A stretch of 64,000 bases of DNA from Alphaproteobacteria bacterium (GTDB lineage: Bacteria; Pseudomonadota; Alphaproteobacteria; SP197): positions 4,864,001 to 4,928,000 of the forward strand of contig OZ245842.1 in assembly GCA_965228895.1 (NCBI GenBank), in the 5' to 3' direction. Every line of letters begins with the position of its first letter. Positions within the stretch are counted from its first letter, which is position 1. Shown piece by piece: positions 1 through 10,313 of this stretch. The translations under genes and the position numbers were made by a program. The notes beneath the pieces are model-generated. The model made no database searches. It worked only from the letters and a program-made list of their open reading frames with translations, and was not told where the DNA came from.

Positions 1-241
1 CGCCCAGGATGGCGGGTTTCATGAGCTGCCAGTCGCCGGTCTCGGCCTTGGTGACCGAAACGAAGTCGCTGCCCAGGAAGACGCCTGTAACGTGCTCGAC
101 GTCGAACAGGCGCTGGGCCAGCGGCGAGCGGTCGGCGCTGTCACGGTTGGGGAAGTCCGCCGTGCCGTCGCCCATAACGGGCCGGCCGGGCAGGAACTTC
201 ATGGTCGCCGGGTTGGGTGTGTCTTCGGTCTGGATGAACAT
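1..241 (-). CDS. NifU/Nfu-family Fe-S scaffold or carrier protein, N-terminal part (runs off the window edge)
   Basis: Not in the ORF track. Manual translation from the ATG at 241 gives MFIQTEDTPNPATMKFLPGRPVMG...SPLAQRLFDVEHVTGVFLGSDFVSVTK, the typical Nfu_N domain start. Confidence 0.9.
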   Translation of the reverse strand, partial: MFIQTEDTPNPATMKFLPGRPVMGDGTADFPNRDSADRSPLAQRLFDVEHVTGVFLGSDFVSVTKAETGDWQLMKPAILG

Positions 242-288
242 GCCGTCACCTTTTCAGTCGCGGCGTTTGTGTCATGGGTTCTGGCCAA

Positions 289-317
289 AGGTGGGGATGG
301 TGTGGCCAACGGTCAAG
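289..317 (-). promoter_or_regulatory. Putative RpoH (sigma32)-type promoter of the nfu gene
   Basis: Minus strand reads CTTGAC-N15-CCCCACCT, resembling the sigma32 consensus CTTGAA...CCCCATNT. Confidence 0.45.
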
Positions 318-341
318 CAAACCCGCAAATCCGCCCCTAAG

Positions 342-848
342 CTAGGTAATGTTGACGATCTGCTCGTCGGTCAGGGTTCCGGGAATGACGACCAGCGGAA
401 TCGTCAGGCGCCCGGCCAGATGGCCGGCCAAAAACGACACCAGCTTGCCGCGCCCTTCGCTGGGGTTGGATCCCACACACAGCAGGTCGATCGAGCGGTC
501 CTCGTCGACCAGATTGAGGATCTCGTCGCCGATGCGGCCCTCGCGCACCAGAAGCTCCGGCATGACGCCGGCCCACGCGTTCACGTCAGCCGCCAGATCC
601 TGCAGCAGGTTTTCGGCGGCCTCCCAGCGTTCGCCCTGCATCAGGTCCTCGACGCCCGACCAATGACGGAAGTCGGCCGGCTGAATGACATGAAGCAACG
701 CGACCCGGCCATCCGTGTTCTTGGCCCGCCGGCAGGCATAGTGCACCGCCACCTTCGAGGGCGGCGATCCATCGACGCAAACCAGGAACTTGACCTGACC
801 GGCAATGTGGCTACTCGCCGGTGTGTCTGTCTTCGAGGCGTTCGTCAT
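342..848 (-). CDS. Universal stress protein (UspA family)
   Basis: FLVCVDGS...ALLHVI...REG...I...DLLCVG...PLVVIP pattern of the Usp fold. The usp-nfu adjacency is common in Alphaproteobacteria. Confidence 0.9.
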   Translation of the reverse strand: MTNASKTDTPASSHIAGQVKFLVCVDGSPPSKVAVHYACRRAKNTDGRVALLHVIQPADFRHWSGVEDLMQGERWEAAENLLQDLAADVNAWAGVMPELLVREGRIGDEILNLVDEDRSIDLLCVGSNPSEGRGKLVSFLAGHLAGRLTIPLVVIPGTLTDEQIVNIT

Positions 849-874
849 GTTGTTCCGATCACGCAGTTGATCCT

Positions 875-988
875 TAGAGCAAGCTTGCTTCGCCTTGTTT
901 CACGCCGAAGCGCGAACCCTGCTTGCATGCACCATCCTTGAAACCGATTTACGCTGCCCACACTGCGCTATGACGCGGTTGGGCGCTA
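875..988. repeat. Possible decayed second-family palindromic element abutting the 987 element
   Basis: Starts TAGAGCAAG and ends GGGCGCTA, with two imperfect hairpins. The first arm matches 63390-63437 (TAGAGCAAG-N26-GCGCRAACC). Confidence 0.35.
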
Positions 989-1121
989 GAGCGGATCATG
1001 GTGAGGTGGAGCCGTCTGACGGTTCCACCTCACCATGATCCGCTCGCCATCGATAAGTAGAGCAGATTCACCTGCCTTGATGCCATCGCGAAGCGATCCC
1101 ATCAAAACAGGATCTGCTCTA
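987..1121. repeat. Bipartite palindromic intergenic element (CIR/RIME/Bru-RS-like), B arm plus A arm
   Basis: B hairpin at 987-1045, a linker, then a 64-bp A hairpin at 1058-1121 (TAGAGCAGAT...ATCTGCTCTA). Bounded by CTAG at both ends and overlaps the stop codon of the 1119-1904 gene. Confidence 0.85.
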
Positions 1122-1904
1122 GGGCCGCCGGAACAGCAGGTTACCCAGGAATCCTGCCATTGCTGCGGCAATAATCGCAAACAATCCGTAGAGCGATGAT
1201 TGTTCGTTAGCAAAATCAAACACTTCGGCGCCGAACCCCACCTTGTTGACGACCAGAGGCGAGCTTTGCGCGGCGACAATCACCCCGTCTTTCAGCAGAA
1301 ACACGTCGGCGATATAGGTGCCGACCGTCACCTCCGACGGAAACGCCACGGTCGCGCGGAACAGGCGGCCGCCGACAACATCGATATGGGCCGGCGTCAG
1401 GGAATAAAGGCCCTGCCGCTGCTTCAGCGAAATGAGCGCGTCGCGGAATTCATCCAACTCCTCGTCGCTGACGGCTTCCTGGGGCATCAGGCGCAGGTAC
1501 TCGACGCCAACCTCGTGCAGCGCCAAGGCGTCTTCGGCATCGAGCTGGTCGAGCGGACGGGTCGAGGCGACGGCGTAATAGCTGGGCACGTTGTCAAAGG
1601 TCACCGACTTGGTGTTGAGCCAAATGCCGAAGACCTGTGATTTGCGGCGCACCACGGCTTCATCACGCGGGCCGCGCACGACAACCAGGATATCGCCGTC
1701 GCCCTCGACTGCGCCGAACACCAAAAGATCGGTGCCGGTGAAATCCGACGTAATGGCGATGAGGTGGTGCGACAGATCAGCAATCAAAGACGGCGCGACC
1801 ATTGCTTCCGAGGCAGGCGAGCCACCCTCGGTCTGCGCGCCCGCGGGGCCGGCGGCCAGGAGTCCCAGCGAGAACAGGATCGCGATGAGCGGTGGGCGCC
1901 TCAT
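1119..1904 (-). CDS. TIGR02186-family membrane protein (partner of TauE/SafE)
   Basis: Signal peptide, ADLS..IAITSDFTG.DLLVFGAV, VVRRK..VFGIWLN, PSYYAVAS, C-terminal TM helix. 4-nt overlap with the tauE-like gene. Confidence 0.85.
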   Translation of the reverse strand: MRRPPLIAILFSLGLLAAGPAGAQTEGGSPASEAMVAPSLIADLSHHLIAITSDFTGTDLLVFGAVEGDGDILVVVRGPRDEAVVRRKSQVFGIWLNTKSVTFDNVPSYYAVASTRPLDQLDAEDALALHEVGVEYLRLMPQEAVSDEELDEFRDALISLKQRQGLYSLTPAHIDVVGGRLFRATVAFPSEVTVGTYIADVFLLKDGVIVAAQSSPLVVNKVGFGAEVFDFANEQSSLYGLFAIIAAAMAGFLGNLLFRRP

Positions 1905-2824
1905 CCCACACCTGCCAAGGTCAGACTGAACAGGTTCGAAGGGGTCGCGACCATGCGGTAGAACAAGGTCGCGCAGAAGGCCAAAACGATCAGCGCCAAG
2001 AGTGCACGCAGCTCTTCACCACGCAGTTCGGCGCCGACGCGGGTGCCGATCTGCGCGCCGATAACCGCGCCCAACGTCAGGATGCCGGCGAGCACGACGT
2101 CGACCGTCTGGGTGTTCACCGCGTGCAGGAAGGTCGCCGTCGCCGTCACGAAGGTGATCTGGAAAAGCGAGGTGCCGATCACGACGCTGACCGGCATGCC
2201 GAGCAGATAGATCATTGCCGGCACCAGCAGGAAGCCGCCGCCGACACCCAGGATGGCAGCCAGCACGCCAATGAAAAAACCGATGACCACCGGCAGGATC
2301 GCGCTGATGTATAGCCTGGACGAACGGAAGCGCATCTTGAACGGCAGGCCGTGCACCCAGGTGTGGAAATGGGCCTTACGCCGTCCGCCACCGCCACGCC
2401 GCCTGCGCAGGATGGCGCGCCCGGACTCGACAAACATCAGCGTGCCGATCGAGCCGAGCAAAACCACGTAACCGAACGAAATGACGACATCGATCTGGCC
2501 GAGTTCGCGCAACAGACCGAACAGCCAGACACCGAAGGCCGAGCCCACCGTACCGCCGACCAGCAGGACGCCGCCCATCTTGAAGTCGACCTGACCGCGC
2601 CGCCAATGCGCCAGAAATCCGGAGACCGAGGCCGCGACCACCTGGTTGACCTCCGAGCCGACCGCGACCGGCGGCGGCACGCCGATGAAGATCAGCAGCG
2701 GCGTCATCAAGAACCCGCCGCCGACGCCGAACATGCCCGACAGGAAACCGATCATCCCGCCCATGCCAAGCAGCAGGAAAATGTCGACCGACATCTCCGC
2801 GATGGGCAGGTAGATCTGAAACAT
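1901..2824 (-). CDS. Sulfite exporter TauE/SafE family membrane protein
   Basis: MFQIYLPIAEMSV start and duplicated GxFGVGGGFL / GVGGGFLLVP motifs. Start trimmed to the ATG at 2824. Confidence 0.9.
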   Translation of the reverse strand: MFQIYLPIAEMSVDIFLLLGMGGMIGFLSGMFGVGGGFLMTPLLIFIGVPPPVAVGSEVNQVVAASVSGFLAHWRRGQVDFKMGGVLLVGGTVGSAFGVWLFGLLRELGQIDVVISFGYVVLLGSIGTLMFVESGRAILRRRRGGGGRRKAHFHTWVHGLPFKMRFRSSRLYISAILPVVIGFFIGVLAAILGVGGGFLLVPAMIYLLGMPVSVVIGTSLFQITFVTATATFLHAVNTQTVDVVLAGILTLGAVIGAQIGTRVGAELRGEELRALLALIVLAFCATLFYRMVATPSNLFSLTLAGVG

Positions 2825-3039
2825 GACGCGCGCCGAGGCCCCTAAACGAACGATACCCGTTCTGCGCGCCAAGCTACCATGATCGCAAGGAAAATCGTGA
2901 TTCCAAGCCACTGGCACCTGGCTTAGTGCCGGCTTGGTCTCATGCACGACAGATCCCGCGAGATGACCATCGCGCCGGCAATTGGCGCTATCGTCGGCGA
3001 CGACGTCGCGCTCCGATTGCCAGCCTTAAAGGGTAATCG

Positions 3040-4032
3040 TCAGGGGTCGAGGAAACCCATGATCGCCTCGACCTCTTCTTGGATCGGTTCGGCAATGGCG
3101 CGGGCGCGTTCGGCGCCGTCGCGCAGCACCGCATCGACATGACTGGGATCGGCCATCAGCCGCGCCATTTCCTCACCGATCGGCCCCAACACCTCGACGG
3201 CCAGTTCGGTCAGCGCCTTCTTGAAGTCGGAGAACTGGGCACTGGCGAAATCATCGCACACCTGCTGACGCGACTGGCCCGACAGCGCGGCATAGATGTT
3301 CAGGAGATTGGCGGCTTCCGGACGCGCCTCCTGATCGAAGGTCACACCAGGCTCGGAGTCCGTCTTCGCCTTCCTGAACTTCCGCGCGATGGTATCGCGG
3401 TCGTCCGTCAGATTGATGCGCGAGTTATCGGACGGATCCGATTTCGACATCTTGGCGGTGCCGTCCCTCAGCGACATCACCCGCGTCGCCTCGCCCTCGA
3501 TGATCGGTTCGGGCAGCGGGAAGAATTCGACGCCGAAGTTCCGGTTAAACGCGCCGGCAATATCGCGGGAGAGCTCCAGATGTTGCTTTTGATCCTCGCC
3601 GACCGGCACGTGGGTCGCCTTGTAGCCAAGAATGTCGGCGGCCTGCAGCACCGGATAACCGTAGAGCCCGAGACTCGCGTTATCGCGCTTCTTGCCGGCC
3701 TTCTCCTTGAACTGGGTCATGCGGTTGAGCCAGCCAAGCGGCGTCTGACAGCCCAGCATCCAGGCGAGCTGGGAATGCATCCTGACCCGGCTCTGGTTGA
3801 AGATGATGCAGCGCTTGGGGTCGACGCCTGACGCCAGAAAACCGGCCGTCACCTCGCGCGTCGAGGCGGCCAGATCGGCGATATCGTAAGGCATGGTCAC
3901 CGCGTGCAGATCGACGATGCAATAGATGCACTCGTAATCATGCTGCATGGCGACAAACCGGGTCAGCGCACCCAGATAGTTGCCGAGGTGCAGGCTGCCG
4001 GTCGGCTGAATGCCGGAAAACACCCGGTTCAT
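3040..4032 (-). CDS. trpS: Tryptophan--tRNA ligase
   Basis: [16 protein letters not shown] (HIGH-like), [17 protein letters not shown]. Confidence 0.97.
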   Translation of the reverse strand: MNRVFSGIQPTGSLHLGNYLGALTRFVAMQHDYECIYCIVDLHAVTMPYDIADLAASTREVTAGFLASGVDPKRCIIFNQSRVRMHSQLAWMLGCQTPLGWLNRMTQFKEKAGKKRDNASLGLYGYPVLQAADILGYKATHVPVGEDQKQHLELSRDIAGAFNRNFGVEFFPLPEPIIEGEATRVMSLRDGTAKMSKSDPSDNSRINLTDDRDTIARKFRKAKTDSEPGVTFDQEARPEAANLLNIYAALSGQSRQQVCDDFASAQFSDFKKALTELAVEVLGPIGEEMARLMADPSHVDAVLRDGAERARAIAEPIQEEVEAIMGFLDP

Positions 4033-4087
4033 ACCGGAAACTCCTCTTGGAAAGGGCTGCGCCTTATGCCGCCTGGGGCAGCAGGGG

Positions 4088-5653
4088 TCAAGCCGACGGG
4101 GTATCGGTAGAACGACGGCGCAACAGGCGCAGGATCTCGCCTAGACGGGCGGCGCCGGTCAGGTGTGCGGTGAGCGCGAAGATGGCGAGACCGCCAATGA
4201 CAAGAACCGCAAGTCCCGGCACCTCGTAGGCGAACCGACCGTCGACCAGTGGCATGCCGAAGGTCAGGCCCAACCACAGGACGGCAGCCATGACGGCGGT
4301 CGCCAGCAACGTACGCGGCAGGCGGCCAAGCAGGCGGGCATCGGGCGCGATCTGGCCACGGCGTTTCAAGACAATGTAAAGCAGGCCGGCATTGACCCAG
4401 GCCGCGATGGCGGTCGCCAGCGCAATGCCGACATGGGCCAAAGGGCCCATCAGGATCAGATTGAAGACAAGGTTGGTGACCAGCGCGACCACCGCGATCT
4501 TGACCGGGGTCTTGGTGTCCTGACGGGCAAAGAAGCCGGGCGTGAAAACCTTGATCAAGACATAGGCCGGCAGACCGAGCGAGAACGCGACCAGCGCCGC
4601 ACCGGTCGCCGCCGTCGCCTCTGCCGTGAACGCGCCGCGCTGGAACAGGACGGCGATGATCGGGTCGGCCAGGATTACGAACGCCACGGCAGCGGGAATG
4701 GTGAAGAAGAGCGCCATCTCGATCGCCCGGTTCTGACTGATCAAAGCGCCGCCCTCGTCACCCGCCTTGAGCTGGCGCGACAGCAGCGGCAGCAACGCGG
4801 TGCCGATTGCGATCCCGACGACACCGAGCGGTAGCTGGTTCAGCCGGTCGGCGTAATAGAGATAGGAGATGGCGCCGGTCGGCAGCAGCGATGCGATGAT
4901 GATATCGACCACCAGGTTGAGTTGCACCGCGCCCGCACCCAACGCCGCCGGCCCGAAAAGCTTGAGCACCTTCTTGACGTCGGCCGTCAGGCGCGGCCAG
5001 GCGATACGCGGCATCAGCCCGGCCCGTTTGACGCCGACCAGCAGCACGATGAGCTGCGCGACGCCGCCGGCCGAGATACCCCAGGCAAGCGTCTCCGCAA
5101 CCTCGGTGCCGCCATGGCGCGCGAGGAGCGCGGCAGCGATCAAGGAAAGATTGAGCAGGATCGGCGCGGCGGCAAAGGCGGCAAACCGCCCCGCCGAGTT
5201 CAACATGCCGCCCAGAAGCGCCACCATCGAGACAAGCAACAAATAGGGAAAGGTGATGCGGGTCAGCTCGATGGCGAGCGCGAACTTTTCGGGCTGATCG
5301 CGGAAGCCTGGCGCCAGCGCGGACATGACCAGCGGCATGGCGATTTCGGCCAGCAGCACGATGACCAGCAGGCAGGCGACCAGCATGGCCAAGGCGTCGG
5401 ATGCCAGCCGGCGCGCGGCTTCGTTGCCTTCGGTCTCCAGCTTGCCGGCAAACATCGGCACGAAGGCGGCGCTGAAGGCGCCCTCGGCGAACAGACGGCG
5501 GAAGAAATTGGGCAGCTTGAACGCAACAAAAAACGCGTCCGCCGCCAGACCGGTGCCCAGAAGCGCGGCAAACAGAACGTCGCGTGCATAGCCGAGCACG
5601 CGGCTGACCATAGTCAGCCCCGAAACCGTCACGAAGGCGCGGGCAAGGTTCAT
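4088..5653 (-). CDS. murJ: Lipid II flippase MurJ (MviN)
   Basis: [50 protein letters not shown]. Confidence 0.96.
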   Translation of the reverse strand: MNLARAFVTVSGLTMVSRVLGYARDVLFAALLGTGLAADAFFVAFKLPNFFRRLFAEGAFSAAFVPMFAGKLETEGNEAARRLASDALAMLVACLLVIVLLAEIAMPLVMSALAPGFRDQPEKFALAIELTRITFPYLLLVSMVALLGGMLNSAGRFAAFAAAPILLNLSLIAAALLARHGGTEVAETLAWGISAGGVAQLIVLLVGVKRAGLMPRIAWPRLTADVKKVLKLFGPAALGAGAVQLNLVVDIIIASLLPTGAISYLYYADRLNQLPLGVVGIAIGTALLPLLSRQLKAGDEGGALISQNRAIEMALFFTIPAAVAFVILADPIIAVLFQRGAFTAEATAATGAALVAFSLGLPAYVLIKVFTPGFFARQDTKTPVKIAVVALVTNLVFNLILMGPLAHVGIALATAIAAWVNAGLLYIVLKRRGQIAPDARLLGRLPRTLLATAVMAAVLWLGLTFGMPLVDGRFAYEVPGLAVLVIGGLAIFALTAHLTGAARLGEILRLLRRRSTDTPSA

Positions 5654-5754
5654 GGCGCGGCAGAAAAGGTCCTTATCTCGACCGAATGATGGCGAACCGG
5701 CCCGCGACAATCCCCCTGCGACCAGCTTGCGACATGTGGTTTCGTAATAGAAAC

Positions 5755-5886
5755 GCTAGCGCATTATCGCTGCGAGTGAAATCGGCACCGGCCCACACCC
5801 CCGCCCGGCCACCCCGAGGATGCTGCCATGGGTGGCCGGGCGGGGGTGTGGGCTGGTGACGTCAGCTAAACTGATAATGCGCTAGC
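5755..5886. repeat. 132-bp nested palindrome, MITE-like
   Basis: Perfect 14-bp terminal inverted repeats GCTAGCGCATTATC (5755-5768 / 5873-5886) enclose a 29-bp GC-rich stem (5786-5814 / 5830-5858, one mismatch). Confidence 0.75.
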
Positions 5887-5965
5887 ACGACCGCGCGAAT
5901 CGGTGTAGTGCGCGGTGCCGCCATATGGTCCGGATGCGACAGACTGCGACGGGGGAGACGCAGCC

Positions 5966-8900
5966 ATGCCTCATCATGCATTTAAGCGCCTGCTGATCGC
6001 CAATCGCGGTGAAATCGCGATCCGCGTGATGCGTGCCGCCAACGAGTTGGGCATCGCGACCGCCGCCGTCTATGCCCAGGAAGACCGGCTCGCGCTCCAC
6101 CGCTTCAAGGCCGACGCCAGCTATTTGATCGGCGAAGAGTTGGGTCCGGTGCGCGCCTATCTCTCGATCGAGGAGATGCTGCGCGTCGCGCGCGAGGCAC
6201 GGGTCGACGCGGTCCACCCGGGCTACGGTTTCTTGTCCGAGAATCCCGACTTCGCCGAGGCCTGCGCGGCCGAGGGCCTGGTCTTCATTGGGCCGGAACC
6301 TGAGACCATGCGCTTGCTGGGCAACAAAGTCAGCGCCCGCGAAGCCGCCCAAAAGGCTGATGTCCCGGTCGTGCCGGCGACAGGGCCGCTGCCCGATGAT
6401 CTGGATCAGGCGCTGGCCGAGGTCGAAGCGGTCGGCTTTCCGGTCATGCTCAAGGCCAGCTGGGGCGGCGGCGGACGCGGCATGCGCGCGGTCCACGACG
6501 CGGCCAACCTGGGCGACGAACTGCTGGCGGCTAAGCGCGAGGCCGAAGCGGCTTTCGGCAACGGCGAGGTCTATGCCGAAAAACTCATCTCCCGCGCCCG
6601 CCATGTCGAGGTTCAACTTCTGGGCGACAGCCACGGCAACATCGTTCATCTGTTCGAACGCGATTGCTCGGTGCAGCGGCGCAACCAGAAGATCGTCGAA
6701 CGCGCGCCGGCACCCTATTTCGACGATCGCCAGCGTGACGCGCTGTGCCAGGCAGCGCTCAGACTGGGGCGGCATGCCGGTTACGCCAACGCCGGCACGG
6801 TCGAGTTCCTGCTCGATGCCGACACCAACGACTTCTACTTCATCGAGGTCAACCCGCGCGTTCAGGTCGAACACACGGTGACCGAAGAGGTCACCGGCAT
6901 CGATATCGTCAAGGCGCAGATCCGGATCGCCCAGGGGGCGACCATCGGTACGCCGGAGTCAGGCGTGCCGGCACAGGACGACATCCACCTGAATGGCCAT
7001 GCGCTGCAGTGCCGGATCACGACCGAGGACCCCGAAGCCAACTTCATTCCCGATTACGGCCGCATCACCGCCTATCGCGGCGCGACCGGTTTCGGCATCC
7101 GCCTTGACGGCGGCACCGCCTATTCCGGCGCGGTGATCACACGCTACTACGACAGCCTTCTGGAAAAGGTCACGGCCTGGGCGCCGACGGCGGACGAAGC
7201 CATCGCACGCATGGACCGGGCGCTTCGTGAGTTCCGTATCCGTGGCGTCGCGACCAACTTGGCGTTTGTCGAGAACCTGATCAACCATCCGTCGTTCCGC
7301 GACAACAGCTACACCACGCGCTTCATCGACACGACGCCGGAGCTCTTCCACTTCGTGCGCCGGCGCGACCGGGCGACCAAGCTGCTGCGCTTCATCGCCG
7401 ACGTCACGGTGAACGGCAACCCGGAGGTGGCGAACCGTCCTCTGCCGGTCGCGGGACCAGCGCCCAAGTTACCCAAATCCGACAAGAGCGAGCCGCCGGC
7501 GGGCAGCCGGCAGCGGCTTGACCAACACGGGCCCAAGGCATTCGCCGACTGGATGCTCGAACAGAAAAACGTGCTGGTGACCGACACCACCATGCGCGAC
7601 GCCCATCAGTCGCTGATCGCAACCCGCATGCGCAGCTATGACATGGCGTATGTCGCCGGCGCCTATGCGCGCGAGTTCCCCGACCTGCTGAGCCTGGAAT
7701 GCTGGGGCGGCGCGACATTCGATGTCGCCATGCGGTTTTTGGACGAATGCCCGTGGGACCGGCTTGCTGCGCTGCGCGAGGCGATCCCGAACATCTGCTT
7801 CCAGATGCTGCTGCGCGGCGCCAACGGTGTCGGCTATACCAATTACCCCGACAACGTCGTCACCCACTTTGTCGCCCAGGCGGCAACGTCAGGCGTCGAC
7901 ATCTTCCGCGTCTTCGACAGTCTTAACTGGGTTGAGAACATGCGCGTCTCGATGGACGCGGTGCTGGAGAGCGGCAAGCTGTTGGAAGCAGCGCTTTGCT
8001 ACACCGGCGACATGCTGGATCCCGCCAGAAACAGCACCTATGACCTCAAGTACTACGTCAAGCTGGCGCGCGACCTGGCCGATGCGGGCACCCATGTGCT
8101 GGGCATCAAGGACATGGCCGGCGTGGTCAAGCCGGAAGCCGCGCGGATCCTTGTGAAGGCGCTGAAGGAAGAGACCGGCCTGCCGGTCCACTTCCACACC
8201 CACGACACCAGCGGCGTCGCTGCGGCCAGCGTCTTGGCCGCCGTTGATGCCGGGGTCGACGCCATTGACCTGGCGATGGATTCCTGGTCGGGCCTGACCA
8301 GTCAGCCCAATCTGGGATCGGTCGTCGCGGCGCTGCGTCACGGCGAGCGCGATCCCGGCCTTGACCCCGCGACCATTCGCGCCTTCTCCGACTACTGGGA
8401 GGCTGTCCGGCGCGACTACCGCGCGTTCGAGAGCGATCTGAGGTTCGGCGCGTCGGAGGTCTACCTGCACGAGATGCCGGGCGGCCAGTTCACCAATTTA
8501 AAGGAGCAGGCGCGCTCGCTGGGCCTGGAGGCGCGCTGGCATGACGTCGCGCGCGCCTATGCGGAGGTGAACCTGATGTTCGGCGATATCGTCAAGGTGA
8601 CACCAACGTCGAAGGTCGTCGGCGACATGGCGCTCGCCATGGTGAGCGCCGGCTGGACGCGCGAGGAGATCGAAGACCCCGACCACGACATCGCGTTTCC
8701 GGAATCGGTGGTGCAGCTCTTCCGCGGCGATATCGGCCAGCCGCCCAACGGTTTTCCCGAGGCGCTTCAGAAGAAGATCCTGAAGGGCGCCGAACCGTTG
8801 ACCACACGACCCGGCGCCGTCCTGCCGCCGGCCGATCTGGATGCCGAACGCGCGGACGCCGAGCACAAGGTCGAACGCCAGTTAAGCGACGAAGAGTTCT

Positions 8901-9424
8901 GCTCCTACCTCATGTACCCGCGTGTCTTCACCGACTACGCGGCACGCCGGCGTGACCATGGCCCGGTCCACGTGCTGCCGACACCAATCTTTCTTTACGG
9001 CATGACACCCGGCCAGGAGATTGCCGTCGACATCGAGCACGGCAAGACGCTTGTTATCCGGTTCCAAACGGTTGGCGAAACCGACGACGAGGGCAACGTC
9101 CGTGTGTTCTTCGAACTGAACGGCCAGCCACGCATCGTGCGCGTTGCCAACCGTGCCGTTGCCGATACGGTCGTGCGCCACAAGAAGGCCGAAGACGGCA
9201 ATCCCGACCACGTACCCGCGCCGATGCCCGGCATGGTCGCCTCGGTCGCCGTGAAAGCAGGCCAGCAGGTGGCGTCGGGCGACCTGTTGCTGACCATCGA
9301 GGCCATGAAGATGGAGACTGCGATCCACGCCCAGCGCGACGGCGTCATTGGCGAGGTCACCGCGCCGGTCGGCACCCAGGTCGACGCCAAGGATCTGCTG
9401 GTCGCTTATCGGTCGAACGGTTAG
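5966..9424 (+). CDS. pyc: Pyruvate carboxylase (single chain: BC-CT-BCCP)
   Basis: LIANRGEIAIR, ERDCSVQRRNQK, DTTMRDAHQSL, ECWGGATFD, HEMPGGQ, biotin motif EAMKM. Confidence 0.97.
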   Translation: MPHHAFKRLLIANRGEIAIRVMRAANELGIATAAVYAQEDRLALHRFKADASYLIGEELGPVRAYLSIEEMLRVAREARVDAVHPGYGFLSENPDFAEACAAEGLVFIGPEPETMRLLGNKVSAREAAQKADVPVVPATGPLPDDLDQALAEVEAVGFPVMLKASWGGGGRGMRAVHDAANLGDELLAAKREAEAAFGNGEVYAEKLISRARHVEVQLLGDSHGNIVHLFERDCSVQRRNQKIVERAPAPYFDDRQRDALCQAALRLGRHAGYANAGTVEFLLDADTNDFYFIEVNPRVQVEHTVTEEVTGIDIVKAQIRIAQGATIGTPESGVPAQDDIHLNGHALQCRITTEDPEANFIPDYGRITAYRGATGFGIRLDGGTAYSGAVITRYYDSLLEKVTAWAPTADEAIARMDRALREFRIRGVATNLAFVENLINHPSFRDNSYTTRFIDTTPELFHFVRRRDRATKLLRFIADVTVNGNPEVANRPLPVAGPAPKLPKSDKSEPPAGSRQRLDQHGPKAFADWMLEQKNVLVTDTTMRDAHQSLIATRMRSYDMAYVAGAYAREFPDLLSLECWGGATFDVAMRFLDECPWDRLAALREAIPNICFQMLLRGANGVGYTNYPDNVVTHFVAQAATSGVDIFRVFDSLNWVENMRVSMDAVLESGKLLEAALCYTGDMLDPARNSTYDLKYYVKLARDLADAGTHVLGIKDMAGVVKPEAARILVKALKEETGLPVHFHTHDTSGVAAASVLAAVDAGVDAIDLAMDSWSGLTSQPNLGSVVAALRHGERDPGLDPATIRAFSDYWEAVRRDYRAFESDLRFGASEVYLHEMPGGQFTNLKEQARSLGLEARWHDVARAYAEVNLMFGDIVKVTPTSKVVGDMALAMVSAGWTREEIEDPDHDIAFPESVVQLFRGDIGQPPNGFPEALQKKILKGAEPLTTRPGAVLPPADLDAERADAEHKVERQLSDEEFCSYLMYPRVFTDYAARRRDHGPVHVLPTPIFLYGMTPGQEIAVDIEHGKTLVIRFQTVGETDDEGNVRVFFELNGQPRIVRVANRAVADTVVRHKKAEDGNPDHVPAPMPGMVASVAVKAGQQVASGDLLLTIEAMKMETAIHAQRDGVIGEVTAPVGTQVDAKDLLVAYRSNG

Positions 9425-9505
9425 ACCTGACAGCGATCACGAGACTCGATCCCATCCCTTCGTCGCTAACGGCTGCTTAAGAGGGCCTCGGATGCACATG
9501 GACAA

Positions 9506-10069
9506 CTACTGTCCGTGGGTATCGAGAAGTCTTAATGCAGCCGCCTTCGCATCCTGCGCGGGATTGTCGGTATGGCCCAAATGAGCGGTCACAATCGCAC
9601 CTTCCTTCAAGAGCAGCAGTTGTCGCGCGAGGGCGCTGGGATTCGCTAGCCCTGCTTTCTCGGCCAGATCGGTCATGTGCCTTTCAAGCATGCGCTTGTG
9701 GTCGGCGGACTGCTGGTGAATGGGATGGCTGGCATCCTGATACTCAGATGATGCCTTGATGAACATGCAGCCTCTGTAGCCACTCTCTTCGAACCATTCC
9801 TCAAGGGCGTCGAACATGGCGATTAGTTGCTGTTCGGGCGAGTCGGCCAGCTCTTCCATGCGGCGATAGAGCCAGTTCCGGAAATGCTCATCGCGCAGGC
9901 GCAGCACGGCAAGGATCAGGTCCTCCTTGGTGCGAAAGTGTTTGTACATCGACGTTTTCGAGATGCCGGTTTCGGCAACCAGCATGTCCATGCCGGTCGC
10001 GTGAAAGCCGTTTCGATAAAACGCCTTGAGCGCTTTCTGAACCAGTTCGTCTCTTTTCGTCGGTCGCAT
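9506..10069 (-). CDS. TetR/AcrR family transcriptional regulator (NemR/ComR-like, GCMF motif)
   Basis: N-terminal HTH (GFHATGMD..ETGISKTSMYKHF.TKEDL) and conserved YRGCMFI. Divergent from a three-gene cassette. Confidence 0.92.
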   Translation of the reverse strand: MRPTKRDELVQKALKAFYRNGFHATGMDMLVAETGISKTSMYKHFRTKEDLILAVLRLRDEHFRNWLYRRMEELADSPEQQLIAMFDALEEWFEESGYRGCMFIKASSEYQDASHPIHQQSADHKRMLERHMTDLAEKAGLANPSALARQLLLLKEGAIVTAHLGHTDNPAQDAKAAALRLLDTHGQ

Positions 10070-10083
10070 ATCGATCCATTTCA

Positions 10084-10262
10084 GTTACAGATCTGTACAT
10101 AATTCAACCCTCATTCACCGGCAAGACACAAAATATTTTGTGAGTTCTATCAATAATTTAGAGACAACATGACCCCCAACCGAACGAAATCGTGCGAATT
10201 CAGGCTTGACAATATGAACTGATCGGTACAGTTTCAGCCTATAGAGTGTACCGATCAGTAAC
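10084..10262. promoter_or_regulatory. Three putative TetR operators (consensus ~TGTACNGATCNGTACA) and a TTGACA -35 box
   Basis: GTTACAGATCTGTACA 10084-10099, TGAACTGATCGGTACA 10215-10230, TGTACCGATCAGTAAC 10247-10262. TTGACA at 10206-10211 in an AT-rich divergent spacer. Confidence 0.75.
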
Positions 10263-10313
10263 CTTTGTTCCTTTCATCACAGCGCGCCGCGCTCAGCAAG
10301 ACTGGAGATCGCC

